A stretch of DNA of 64,000 nucleotides from a virus: positions 3,862-67,861 of the IMG/VR virus record IMGVR_UViG_3300046318_000260. One strand, given 5' to 3'. Every line of letters starts with the position of its first letter. The first letter of the stretch is position 1. A program made the translations under genes and the position numbers. Below are positions 30,201 to 39,800 of this stretch, in pieces. The notes below the pieces were generated by a model. That model was not told the DNA's origin, ran no database searches, and worked only from the letters and a program-made list of their open reading frames with translations.

Positions 30201-33200
30201 TAGAAAGGTAAGTTGTTTGTTCCTAAGAATTGTCTTATCTCAGCATCTGTACCTTTTTTAAGCTTAGCGTCCCATAATCCATTAGACATAGAACTAGCAA
30301 CTTGTACTAGGGCTTCACCTTTAACTTTTTGTTTGATGAGTCTCTTCTCAACAAGGGATACTAAGATAGCCTCAATTTCATCTGCCACTAAGTGGATAGA
30401 TAAATCTGTCTTGAGTGAATTATCTCTATTAAGTCCAACCAGTTGTACCAAGTGCTCAGGAAGATCTCTTCTGTCTAGTTCTCTTTGAACTACATTCAAG
30501 AAGTTCTCAATGTCTCCTGTGTACTTTTTTGTTTCTTCATTGTACTCATAACCAATCTCATGTAATAATTCTAACTTCAATATGTTAGTGTAGTTATCTA
30601 CAGCTTTTTCATATCTGTTTACAGTTTCTGTATTATCAGAATTGATTATTTCACCATTACGGTACATGCCTCCCAAAATAAGTTTTCTTAACTGAGTTGA
30701 GAATACAGTTTTGTTTTTGAATTTGCTTGGTACATTAGTTACATTCTTAAGATTCTCAAGATAGATTGTGTTTGGAGTAAACTTAATGTCTTTCTTCAAA
30801 GTCTTTTGATCAGACTTAGGAGTATAGATTTCATCTGCTGCTCCATTAGAAGTAACACTACCTACTTTAGAACCAGTTTGGAATGTAACATACTGAATGT
30901 TATTCTTCATCATTTGCTCATGCAAAGACTGAAGATCAGATCCTTCAATTACTGAAGGGATTAATGGAGCCAATGCAAATTTATGCATAGCATTTACAGG
31001 TAAAGCTGTGTTAGCTAGATTACCAAAGTTTTGTACTTTGTATACTGGGAATAACTCAGTGACATCAGATGCTTTAACTTCTTCTCCATTCTTAATTCTT
31101 TGGAATAAGATCTCTTGCTCATTTGACCAGGCATTCTCAAGATACTTTAAAGTTCTGTAAGCATCAAAACTAACAAATCCTTGACCATCACCTTCTTCCA
31201 TATCTTTGTATTTGGAAAGTTCTATTTCAACTCTTCTGTTAATTTCTGCTTGTGCATTTTTAACACCAGCATCTTTGTATCTTTTCTCATAATCTTGTCT
31301 AAGACCTTTTTCAATCTCTCCAAGATATACTGAGTTTCTTTTTACATCCTGTACAATTGCGGTATTAAATGTACCATTGTATGCAATTGGAGCCATGCCA
31401 GCTTTTTTAGCAAAAGATGATTTAGCTAAGAAATCATTTACAAAGTTTCTTGCTGCAATATCAGTTCTGAAAGCACGGCCTCCAGATGTAGCACCTGTGT
31501 TTCTTTTATGAAGCTCTTCTTTATCATGGTTATATTGTGACATATCACCATAGAACAAGATTGCCATCTCAAAGTTTTGAATCCATGAGTTGTATGTGTA
31601 AGCCTCAACAAGTTTTTGTTCAACTTGATTATCTGCTACACCAGCATCTGTCATTCTATCAGTAAGTTCTTTGTCAATATATTTTGACTCCTGTAAAGCT
31701 GCATTGTTTATTTTAGTTTGCTCAGCAAAATAAAATCTGACATTCTCTCTTACAGTGTTTAATAAACCTGTAGTATCATTTTTAAGAAACTCTCTTAAGT
31801 CAAAGTTTTTGTTTTCTGCAATTGCTTGATCAATAGCAGTATAAATTTTGTTTTTAGTTGGTGTAGTTAACACATTATCAAATGCAGTAAATACTTCACC
31901 AGCCATAACACCATTACCTAAGTCTCTATTGTACCCGGCATATTTTGAAAACTCTGATTTGTTCTGTCTGAACTTAAAGATTCTTTCAGCCTCTGCTTCC
32001 ATATATGGTAGGAAATGGGCCTCAAATGCATAGTTATCTGCAGTATTGTTAGCAAACATATCTAAGTCAACCCATAGATTTGCATCAGTTCCTGTTTTAC
32101 CAGGTCGACCTATAATACCTCCTTCAATTCTTGCTCCAAATGAAGATGATTTAGAGGCATGTCTCATGAATTCTTGTACACCATCTTTCAATAGTGTATT
32201 CATTTCCTGAAGCATTTTACTGTTAACATCTAAGCTAGTAGTATTCAAACCTGTAATGTCTTCTACTTGTGTTCCAGAATTCATAAACAACATCAAAGAT
32301 CTATCAGCTCTTCTTTTTTGATCTGCTCCATTCAATTCAAACAATGATCTCATGGTTGCTAATCTCTTTGTGTAAGGATTAATTGTAGGATTCATATAAG
32401 ACATGTACTGATACTGATCAGTTGTCCATAAATCAGAAAGCTTCTTAGCATTATTTAATGCATAAACTTGTTTGCTGATTGTGTTATTTTCAATAAACTC
32501 AGAGACAAGATTTCTTTCTGCATTAAGCACCATATTGTTTGAGGTACCTAAACCGTATCTTGACTGTAAACCAGCAAGAGCAATAATCTTATTTTTTTGG
32601 TTCATGTTTTTTAAACCTGGTACATCTACAATTTTCTTATTCATCATAGTTGCAATAGGTTCAGTCTTAAACTTAGCTATCAAAGTATTAACAGTGCTAC
32701 TGTTATTACTGCCTTCTTTTTCACTAAGATTTTTTACTAAGTCAAAGATATATGGTAGTCCAAATTGCTCAATAGTTTTATTGTCTTTCTTAAGTGTGTT
32801 TTTAATAATGCTTAAGTCATCCAAGTATATACCAATTGCTCTAGCAAATTCATATGATTGGTTAGTGTCTAACTTACCATTAACTCCAAAGTCTTCAACA
32901 ATTTTTTGAAGATTAAGTGTAGGCACATTTTCTTTACCCACTCTTTGTACATATGCATTATCAGTAGTTGCTTTAAACTTGTCCTGAAATCTTTTGATTA
33001 CATTAAGTGTTTCATTGCTTGCTTCTGTAACTGCAGATGATGAATAGTCATAAACAGGAAGTGTTTTACTAACCTCACCTGTAAATGGATTCATTCTTTC
33101 AATTACTTTACCAGTATCAGTTCTGAAAATAGTCAACTGAATATAAGGTACTCTAGACTTACTAAAGTCTTGCCATATAGATGTAGTTGCCTGGAACTCA

Positions 33201-36200
33201 TACAGATTATTAGACATAGCAGGATTTGCTATCTTAGTATCTACAAGCTGTCTTAACTGAGGATTTTTTTCTCCAGCTTTAACCAACTTATCATACATCT
33301 CTTGTGGATCCTGAATACCTCCAATTTCTCTAACAGTAGTATTCCATGTAGATCTAAAATCAGCAAGTTTTCTAAAACCAAGTTCATTGTATTGATACTC
33401 AAGCTGATTAGTATTTTTATTGATTGTAGCTTGGTGCAAACTCTTAAGAATATAGAGAGTCTCTTTACCAGCAAGTTCAATTAAAGATTTGTCACCTACT
33501 TTTTTGTCACCATATCTTTCTGTGTTCTCAATATTCTCTGGCTCAAATAAGTTACCCTCTTCATCTAATTCAAGAGCTGTGTACTTTTGCTTCATCAAAT
33601 CATATGCACTATTCTCAACATGATAAGCAATTGCGCCTGTCTTAGTATCACCATAGTTGTCAATACCAGCTTGTAAAATTCTAATTCTGTTTTCTAACAG
33701 TTCTATCTTGAATTCATTTTGAGGAGTATTGTCAGTAGCTGCAAGTTGTTCTTTGTAGTTATCCAATCTTGCTTCTAACTTAATTTTAACAAGCTTGTAT
33801 AAAGGTTCTCTGTTTCTTGAGTCTAATAAAATACTTAGTGTACCAGATTTTATTCCTTTAAGCTGTACTTGCTCATCAATGATATCAGAGATGATTGAGT
33901 CCATACTGTCTTTCAACAAGTTTGAGTCTTGTCTATTAAGTGCTTGTTGGTCTCTTGTACCTACTTTAACAATACCAATGTTTCTGTTCAATACATCAAA
34001 CATTACATTGTCAATTGCCGGTGTGTACTGATTAAGTTCAGTTCCTAAGTAAAGCTTGTCAAACAAATCCTTTACAGATTTGATTTCACTTACATCTGTT
34101 ATTGCACCTTTACCAAAAAGTTCTCTTAAGAAGTTAAGGATCTTTCTGAATATGCTATTTGTTTTAGGAGCTCCTTTTTTAGCTTTACCTGTTCTTACAT
34201 ATTCACGGAATGATTCTGCTAGCTCTTCTTCAATATCAAAGAAGTCTGCGGTAGAACCCATTCTTTTTTGTACTTCTTTGTACAATGCTTTTTTCTCAGC
34301 TCTGCTTAAGTATAGTTGAGAGAACCCGTGCCACGCTTCATGATACACATCTACCATAGAACCTTTACCTGCAAGATCAATAATACCCATGTTTCCATTA
34401 AGAGTAGCACCATATGCAGTAAATCTAGCAAAGGCATCAGAGTTTACTATGTTAGCAACTTCTCTAAAACCAATATATTTATTTAGTGGGGAATTGTTCC
34501 ACCATTGTTTAGCTTCATCAATCTGCTCTTCTGTTACATTTGATGGCAAATCTCCTTTTCTAAAGAAAAAGATATCTGCAGCACCGCCATCTTCTGGTGT
34601 TGCTTGACCTCTTGCATCAACAGCTTCATTTATCTCAGCTTCAATTTCTTCAAATGTTTTTGTTGGAGCTGTTTGTTTTGGAGTATTAAAGTCTTCAGTC
34701 TCTCTTACATAACCAAGAAACTTCTCTCCAGCTCTTACTTCAATTACATTAGTGAACTTTTTACCTGCAAACTCAGTTTCAGGAATCAAAGCTAACGTAA
34801 CCTCCGTTGCGATATCTTCTGCAGTAATATCATTTGCTTTATTGTAAAACTCAATGATGTTACCTTTTGGTGTTGTAATATGCCATCTGGTCATAGAACC
34901 AAACGGTTTAGAGATAGTACCCTTAACTTGCTTACCACTTTCAAGAACACTAATTATCTTCTCTCTAGTTTCTTTAACTCCAAGAAGTGGAGCAGCATTT
35001 TCAGGATCTGTTAATGTCTCAAATAAATCATCCTTAACAATCTCATCAGTATTTTCTTGTGCTTTTGCTAACTGCTCAGTAAATTGATTAGGTAAAGCAA
35101 AGCCCACATAACTGTTAAATGATCTACTTGTAGGAGCAACATCCACAAAGATTTTTGTGTTTGGTAAACCTTTCAAGAACTCAATGTAATTTGAGTAATC
35201 ATCATTTAACTCACCAGTCTCCATGTTAAAGTCTTGGTATCCATTGCGGTCAAGAGCCTCTTTGTTAAAGGTCATCTTAGCAGAAAAGTATTTACCTGGT
35301 TTACCTGAAGCCTGCATCAATGAGTTATAAATTTCATCAACTGCTTTTTGAGTATCTAAATTTACAGGAACCATTTCACTCAACCCTTCTTGTAACGTAG
35401 TTGGAGAGTATGAGTATAACAACTGATTAGTATTTGGCAAATACTGCAGACTGTGTTTTCTTGTAGCTTGAGATGCATTGTCTGCTAGAAACTGACTAAC
35501 AAAAGCATACTTCTCTTTGTTAGTCATGTTCTTATTAGTCAATACAGTAGCAATCTTTCTTGCTAGGTCAGAAGTAAGATTTGGTCTGTCTACCTTGTAC
35601 TCTGTACCTTTGATGGTAATTACAGCCTCACCTTTTCCTAATCCAGCACGTGGAGATTTTACTGTGTCTAATGTTCTAATAGCATCATCATTATCCTCCA
35701 ATGTAAGTGTTACATTTGAAAGATTCATAGTCTCTGGTTTGTTATCACTAACACCAGTACTTACACCAATAATGTCTACTAATGGTGCTTCCTCACCTGC
35801 AATTAGTTTTTCTCTAAAGTTATAGAGCTCTTCAAATTCTTTTTGTTGTCTCTCTGTTGCTTCCTCTAATGTAATACCAGCTTTTTCTGCTATGATAGAG
35901 GGGTCAATGATCTGGTCTCTTTTTCCATAGATATCAGTCACTCTGTATTTTCCTTCTTCTTTTCTAACCTCTCTCAAGAATTGGTAAACTAATGTACCAC
36001 CAAGTTCTTTGGTAGTAATGTTACCTTTCTCATCAAAGAACAGTTGATTACCCGCATTATCTGTAACTACCATTAAAAAGATTTTATCTGGTGTAGTTAC
36101 ATTTGGTTGAGCCTTACCTGATTTAATTAAAAAGCCTGCCCGGTTTAGTAATCTCTTTGTAGTTTTATCCAGTGTCTCAGGGTCTACTTCAGACAATCTT

Positions 36201-36820
36201 GTAGGCTTTAACTTAAGAATAGTATCTTGGTAGATCAACTCTTTAAGTGGAGTATTATTGTTTGCATTATCTCTAATAGCATTCAATGTAGTATAGATAG
36301 TTCTTTTCCCCGGATCCAAAGTTTCTGTTTGGATATCTTTGTTTGGGTCTAAAGAAATAAACTCTTGGAATGTAGTTGATAACGCAGAGTATGGTTGATA
36401 GTTAAATGGATCAACAGGAACAGAACTTGATGTCTCTTCCTTAATCTCAAAAGCATCATTAGCTTTTTTATTAACCAACTCTTTCTTAACTTCTGGATTT
36501 AAACTTGCATTAAAATAGTTTACAGTATTGATCAAACCATTCTCATCTTTCTTAAACTGTTTGATAAGAGGTCTAAGCATATCCGTGCTTATCTCAAACT
36601 CTTCAAGACTAGGTCTAAATGATGCAGTACCAATTAAAGATGGTACTTGTTGCAAGAACTTAGCTGCAGTATCTACATCTTTTTTCTTTGCAATCTTATT
36701 AAATAGATCTGTCATGTATTGTTTTGCATCAAATGCTTCACCTTGGTTTAGCATGTGACCATAAACATTAGCATATAATTTCTCAATTTGTGATTGAGAT
36801 AAAGCACAAGTTACTTTCAT
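27209..36820 (-). CDS. crAss-like virion RNA polymerase (two-barrel, single polypeptide) with N-terminal zincin motif
   Basis: Catalytic GADFDVDKL (~29870-29884) preceded by RIPVQGLNSM; DGQG motif; HEAWH..EELAE (~34330); start moved to ATG 36820. Confidence 0.9.
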   Translation of the reverse strand: MKVTCALSQSQIEKLYANVYGHMLNQGEAFDAKQYMTDLFNKIAKKKDVDTAAKFLQQVPSLIGTASFRPSLEEFEISTDMLRPLIKQFKKDENGLINTVNYFNASLNPEVKKELVNKKANDAFEIKEETSSSVPVDPFNYQPYSALSTTFQEFISLDPNKDIQTETLDPGKRTIYTTLNAIRDNANNNTPLKELIYQDTILKLKPTRLSEVDPETLDKTTKRLLNRAGFLIKSGKAQPNVTTPDKIFLMVVTDNAGNQLFFDEKGNITTKELGGTLVYQFLREVRKEEGKYRVTDIYGKRDQIIDPSIIAEKAGITLEEATERQQKEFEELYNFREKLIAGEEAPLVDIIGVSTGVSDNKPETMNLSNVTLTLEDNDDAIRTLDTVKSPRAGLGKGEAVITIKGTEYKVDRPNLTSDLARKIATVLTNKNMTNKEKYAFVSQFLADNASQATRKHSLQYLPNTNQLLYSYSPTTLQEGLSEMVPVNLDTQKAVDEIYNSLMQASGKPGKYFSAKMTFNKEALDRNGYQDFNMETGELNDDYSNYIEFLKGLPNTKIFVDVAPTSRSFNSYVGFALPNQFTEQLAKAQENTDEIVKDDLFETLTDPENAAPLLGVKETREKIISVLESGKQVKGTISKPFGSMTRWHITTPKGNIIEFYNKANDITAEDIATEVTLALIPETEFAGKKFTNVIEVRAGEKFLGYVRETEDFNTPKQTAPTKTFEEIEAEINEAVDARGQATPEDGGAADIFFFRKGDLPSNVTEEQIDEAKQWWNNSPLNKYIGFREVANIVNSDAFARFTAYGATLNGNMGIIDLAGKGSMVDVYHEAWHGFSQLYLSRAEKKALYKEVQKRMGSTADFFDIEEELAESFREYVRTGKAKKGAPKTNSIFRKILNFLRELFGKGAITDVSEIKSVKDLFDKLYLGTELNQYTPAIDNVMFDVLNRNIGIVKVGTRDQQALNRQDSNLLKDSMDSIISDIIDEQVQLKGIKSGTLSILLDSRNREPLYKLVKIKLEARLDNYKEQLAATDNTPQNEFKIELLENRIRILQAGIDNYGDTKTGAIAYHVENSAYDLMKQKYTALELDEEGNLFEPENIENTERYGDKKVGDKSLIELAGKETLYILKSLHQATINKNTNQLEYQYNELGFRKLADFRSTWNTTVREIGGIQDPQEMYDKLVKAGEKNPQLRQLVDTKIANPAMSNNLYEFQATTSIWQDFSKSRVPYIQLTIFRTDTGKVIERMNPFTGEVSKTLPVYDYSSSAVTEASNETLNVIKRFQDKFKATTDNAYVQRVGKENVPTLNLQKIVEDFGVNGKLDTNQSYEFARAIGIYLDDLSIIKNTLKKDNKTIEQFGLPYIFDLVKNLSEKEGSNNSSTVNTLIAKFKTEPIATMMNKKIVDVPGLKNMNQKNKIIALAGLQSRYGLGTSNNMVLNAERNLVSEFIENNTISKQVYALNNAKKLSDLWTTDQYQYMSYMNPTINPYTKRLATMRSLFELNGADQKRRADRSLMLFMNSGTQVEDITGLNTTSLDVNSKMLQEMNTLLKDGVQEFMRHASKSSSFGARIEGGIIGRPGKTGTDANLWVDLDMFANNTADNYAFEAHFLPYMEAEAERIFKFRQNKSEFSKYAGYNRDLGNGVMAGEVFTAFDNVLTTPTKNKIYTAIDQAIAENKNFDLREFLKNDTTGLLNTVRENVRFYFAEQTKINNAALQESKYIDKELTDRMTDAGVADNQVEQKLVEAYTYNSWIQNFEMAILFYGDMSQYNHDKEELHKRNTGATSGGRAFRTDIAARNFVNDFLAKSSFAKKAGMAPIAYNGTFNTAIVQDVKRNSVYLGEIEKGLRQDYEKRYKDAGVKNAQAEINRRVEIELSKYKDMEEGDGQGFVSFDAYRTLKYLENAWSNEQEILFQRIKNGEEVKASDVTELFPVYKVQNFGNLANTALPVNAMHKFALAPLIPSVIEGSDLQSLHEQMMKNNIQYVTFQTGSKVGSVTSNGAADEIYTPKSDQKTLKKDIKFTPNTIYLENLKNVTNVPSKFKNKTVFSTQLRKLILGGMYRNGEIINSDNTETVNRYEKAVDNYTNILKLELLHEIGYEYNEETKKYTGDIENFLNVVQRELDRRDLPEHLVQLVGLNRDNSLKTDLSIHLVADEIEAILVSLVEKRLIKQKVKGEALVQVASSMSNGLWDAKLKKGTDAEIRQFLGTNNLPFYNRESAEGKTNAMKVAIALQGDFSKLLKVKHLDGQPIGTRARLNDMIKSEDWLNIGNNRKAVTLSAVRIPVQGLNSMEFMEVYEFLDPAAGNIIIPPTEIVAKSGADFDVDKLTTFMPTLDSNGEFVETGLSNEDVLKKVRNAEDPKVAAGLIKNQKAALENELISSIRGILELNDNYAALVKPNDTYLLKDDIADKIQDNVIDYNRFQNMHKESDRLGKKGNKVISPTRTLEAAYNLHKHEVNMIGKKVLGMIAVENSLHPVMNSIGASLPSTYKNVQYSPNLKRNVEGKKDYQVRLMLPHNKTKDGRVSLSGTDTADGLDNIAELFSQMMNGAVDVEKDAWIFFIQGNYEITPMITFLLKAGVPKEHAILFVSNPIVREYAKQQRMLKSAYAKVTGTVEEDFENTLVKYQAAVNALEKFGDDKGKNKVSNKKYYDAVTLATSKSGILNNDKEFDIALMRKLVNNPNAPELKDHAIAMFLHFIELEKASRGFTSLKFLSNPDTKTSKTLQEILRRNLNVEDAKALSSLEKGTVEAMQDSILGTFFDNKLIGDLIVPVFPLRNNDTVTNYILDKAQTKSSDIVRVFGPGQDGVRKFITSFKNAVPTYIFQNYMTNLIDEKGNITSMPESYKEMPIVEKAGIKNGAEIIEGTLYVDKNKLANEYNGKMYLRGNTSPLAYSQNGLRGFGTVEGLFPNESTYFKYVFERERQRDMYPLESVQNNKDYIRLKELIKDEKQAYEAYLNQRALINAFNRKALMDLDGQSYTDLVLNMIEDYPSLSRKYSILTQFTKPKIATGEEVLSLNDTAALKDAEIAEIYHQNLKDLADETVKKVSDPEDNKRISKLFSMLPLVAIYQHGIGYSKYGFNKALPYEGFVGVMQSASEIFMKNQLNNASLDTVYEKLMDPKNKNFKDFVVSVKTYNSPVASAPVEDTISEEEAGALLERLGVQSVEEADTAEEQVIETEVKPESDETITGKITDVNAPEGLPGIPRSSSDCQ

Positions 36821-36824
36821 AGTT

Positions 36825-39800
36825 TTAACATTCAATGTCTTCCAATAATTCTTCATCTAACTCTTCTAGTGATTTACTAGAAGCTGTTCCTTCAACTTTA
36901 TCAAGTTGTGTGGAGTCTTTAACAAAGGCATCAGCTAAGTCTGTTGACTCATTAATTTTTGCTTTGTCTTCTGTTGTTATAGTTTGTGCTGGTTGTTGTG
37001 TTGCATCCATGACTACATCTTTTAATGTGAATAGATTATTTAGCTCATTAAAGCCAATTGTCATTTTAGTCAAAGCCCCTAAAGATGAGACAGTTACAGT
37101 CTTGTTTGTATTATTGATTGAGTCAATAATAACCGTATCATTTGCCTCTGCAAACACTCCACTTTTTTGATTTCCTGGCTGGGTAAAGATAGTATTTTTT
37201 GCAACAAATTGACTTTCTTTAGTCAATGATTCTGGTACAATTTTGACCATTTCAACAGTGTTTAAACTATTAGCTTTTTCTTGAGCTAACTTGGCCATTT
37301 CTTGTAGATCTTCTAATGCTACTTTCTCATCACTATTCTTAATACTTAATTCAGTAAGTAAGTTTTGTAACTCTTCTTTTGTATTTATTTTAGCTAAGTC
37401 AGATTTAAAATCACTTACTCTGTATCTAGTTGCATCATCAATAACTTGTACTTTTCTTTCTTGCTCACCCGCTTCAACAGCTGGAGACTGTACATCATCA
37501 CTTGATTCAGCATCTGTAGGAACTACATTCCCTGGTTTTACTTCTACAGCTTTTTCAGCAATAGGAACAATACCATTAGCTTGTTCTTGTACATCTACTG
37601 TATTCAAGTTAATCAAATAGTCTGTAGCTAGTAATGTAGCTGAAGAAGGTTTATTTGCAAGAAGTATTTTATTGTCTGTAGTAGTTATACTCATCTCAAT
37701 AGGTAAGACTGATACCTTAGCATCCACACCAATTGTATTTTTCAATAAATTGGCTTTAGTTGCCATAAGCAATTTAGTCTGCTCTAGTTTAGACTTTGGA
37801 TTATCTTTTTTCTTGAATACCTCCCAGTTGCTTTTTGAATCTGGGATAACATCTACGATAGTAAGATTACCACTTGTATCTGCTACTAGTAGCCCTATAG
37901 TACTTGCTACCTTAGATTCTGGGTCATATACAACAAGGTCTTGAGAAATAATTGCTAACTCTCCGTTCTCTACTCTTTTTTTCAATGTAGTAAGATATCC
38001 TTTAGGCCCAAATAAATTATCATAAGCTTCTTGTGTTATCCTAGCTTCATCAAACATAGGTTCACCTTCTTCACCAAATAAATCATTTACCTGCTCAGCT
38101 ATGTATTGATTGTATTCTTCTTCTGATTTAGGTTGCCCAAGAACATCTTCGGCATTCCTATACATCTCACCATCTATGATGATGCCTTCTGGAATAACTT
38201 GAATATCTTTTTGTTTATCTTTAAGAACTTCTGCTTTATCCATTGCTTCTCTCAATTCAGGAGTTAATCCTTTTCTTGATCTAGTTGCAATTAACTTTTC
38301 AAAGTCAGTAATTAAGACTTTATATCTGCTTCTATCTGTAAGATCTTCTGCAGTTGGTTCTTCCATTACATCTATTACTTTAGCTAAAGCTTTGAACCTT
38401 CTCTGAGTTCTTCTAAGTTCTGTTACAGTTTTAATATCTGCAGTGTTTTTCTTTTTACCTTGGTAGATATATTCAAACTCACCTTTTTCACCAGTCTCTT
38501 TTGTAGCTTCTTGCAGTTTTTGATTTTTGTTAAAGTTGTCTATTTCAATTTTAGCATCTTTATCAGTTTGCAAAAACTTGTTAAATAAATTTTCTTGTTG
38601 TTCTTCAGTCAAGTTTACAAACTCATCATCAGGTATTTTTGCAAGAACTTTTTCTTCAAAAGATTTGTACAGAGTATTATACAAAACAGGATACTCATAT
38701 ATACTATCTACAGTAGTTGTAATAGGAACAAAATCAGCAATTGGAGCTCTTTCTTTTTCTGCTAATGCTTCAGTTGCAGAAGCATAATCTTCTCTTATTT
38801 GATTTTTAAGAGCTTCATATTTTTCAGTAATAGGTTTAACCAATTCAGGATCAGGTTGTTCACTCAATGTATATATGTCAGCTTTAATAAAGTCAAATGC
38901 AATCTTGTAATTTTTAAATGCTTCTCCTTCTGGGCCATCTAACTTTATAGCTCCTTCATCATTATATACTGTCAACGGAAATTCTGCATCTTCATCATAA
39001 ATTCCATCAGCATACTGACCTGGTTCTAAACTATCTGCAATTTGAGCAAGAGTAACTTTAACACCATTCTTAGTTTTAAGAGTTTCAATTGGAACTTTTA
39101 CTTCCTTCTTGGGTAAGTTTTCTATCACCCTCTGCATATCAGCATCAGCTTTTTCTAAATCAGTTCTTAATGCTGAGTCTAATGTTTCAGATACACTTGA
39201 TGTTCTTTGATCTTTTAAAGTAGCTGCTTGCTCAAAGAGAACATAATAGTCCTCATACCGTAGTGATCCTTCAGGTATAATAATCTTTAAACTATTATCA
39301 AAAAATTCTGAAGGAGGAGTACCATCTTTTTGCCATTGAGCAAACTCATCAAGACTAATGTAAATACCTTTATTAGCTAATTGATTTAGTAAAGCATTAT
39401 CAATAACAATATCAAGTTGCTCTTTGATCATTTTTTCATAGATTTCTCCTCTTCTATTATAAAGGTCCTTCATCCATTTTCTATTTCTATCAGCCGCTTC
39501 CATGAAAGCCTTTGGATCATGTAAAAGATTTACATACCTCATTAGTTTATCAGCTTCAAGACCTAGTTTATAGTGGTCAGCTAATATCTCATAAGATTCT
39601 TGAACATCTTTATCAAAAACATGTCCACCATTAGCTTCAGCAAGTGCATTTAGATAATCTTTATAAGCACTAGAATGTTCTGAAAATACTTTTGTTTTAT
39701 TCTCATCTGTAAACTCACCAAAGATATTATTCATTACAGCTTGTACTTCTTCATCAGTTACAGGTACATCACCTTTTTGTTTTTGAAGTTCATCTTTAAT

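Noticed and set aside
15373-36820. Inteins or introns in PolB, helicase or RNAP
   Set aside because: Catalytic motifs are spaced normally, and no intein splice-junction or LAGLIDADG motifs were noticed
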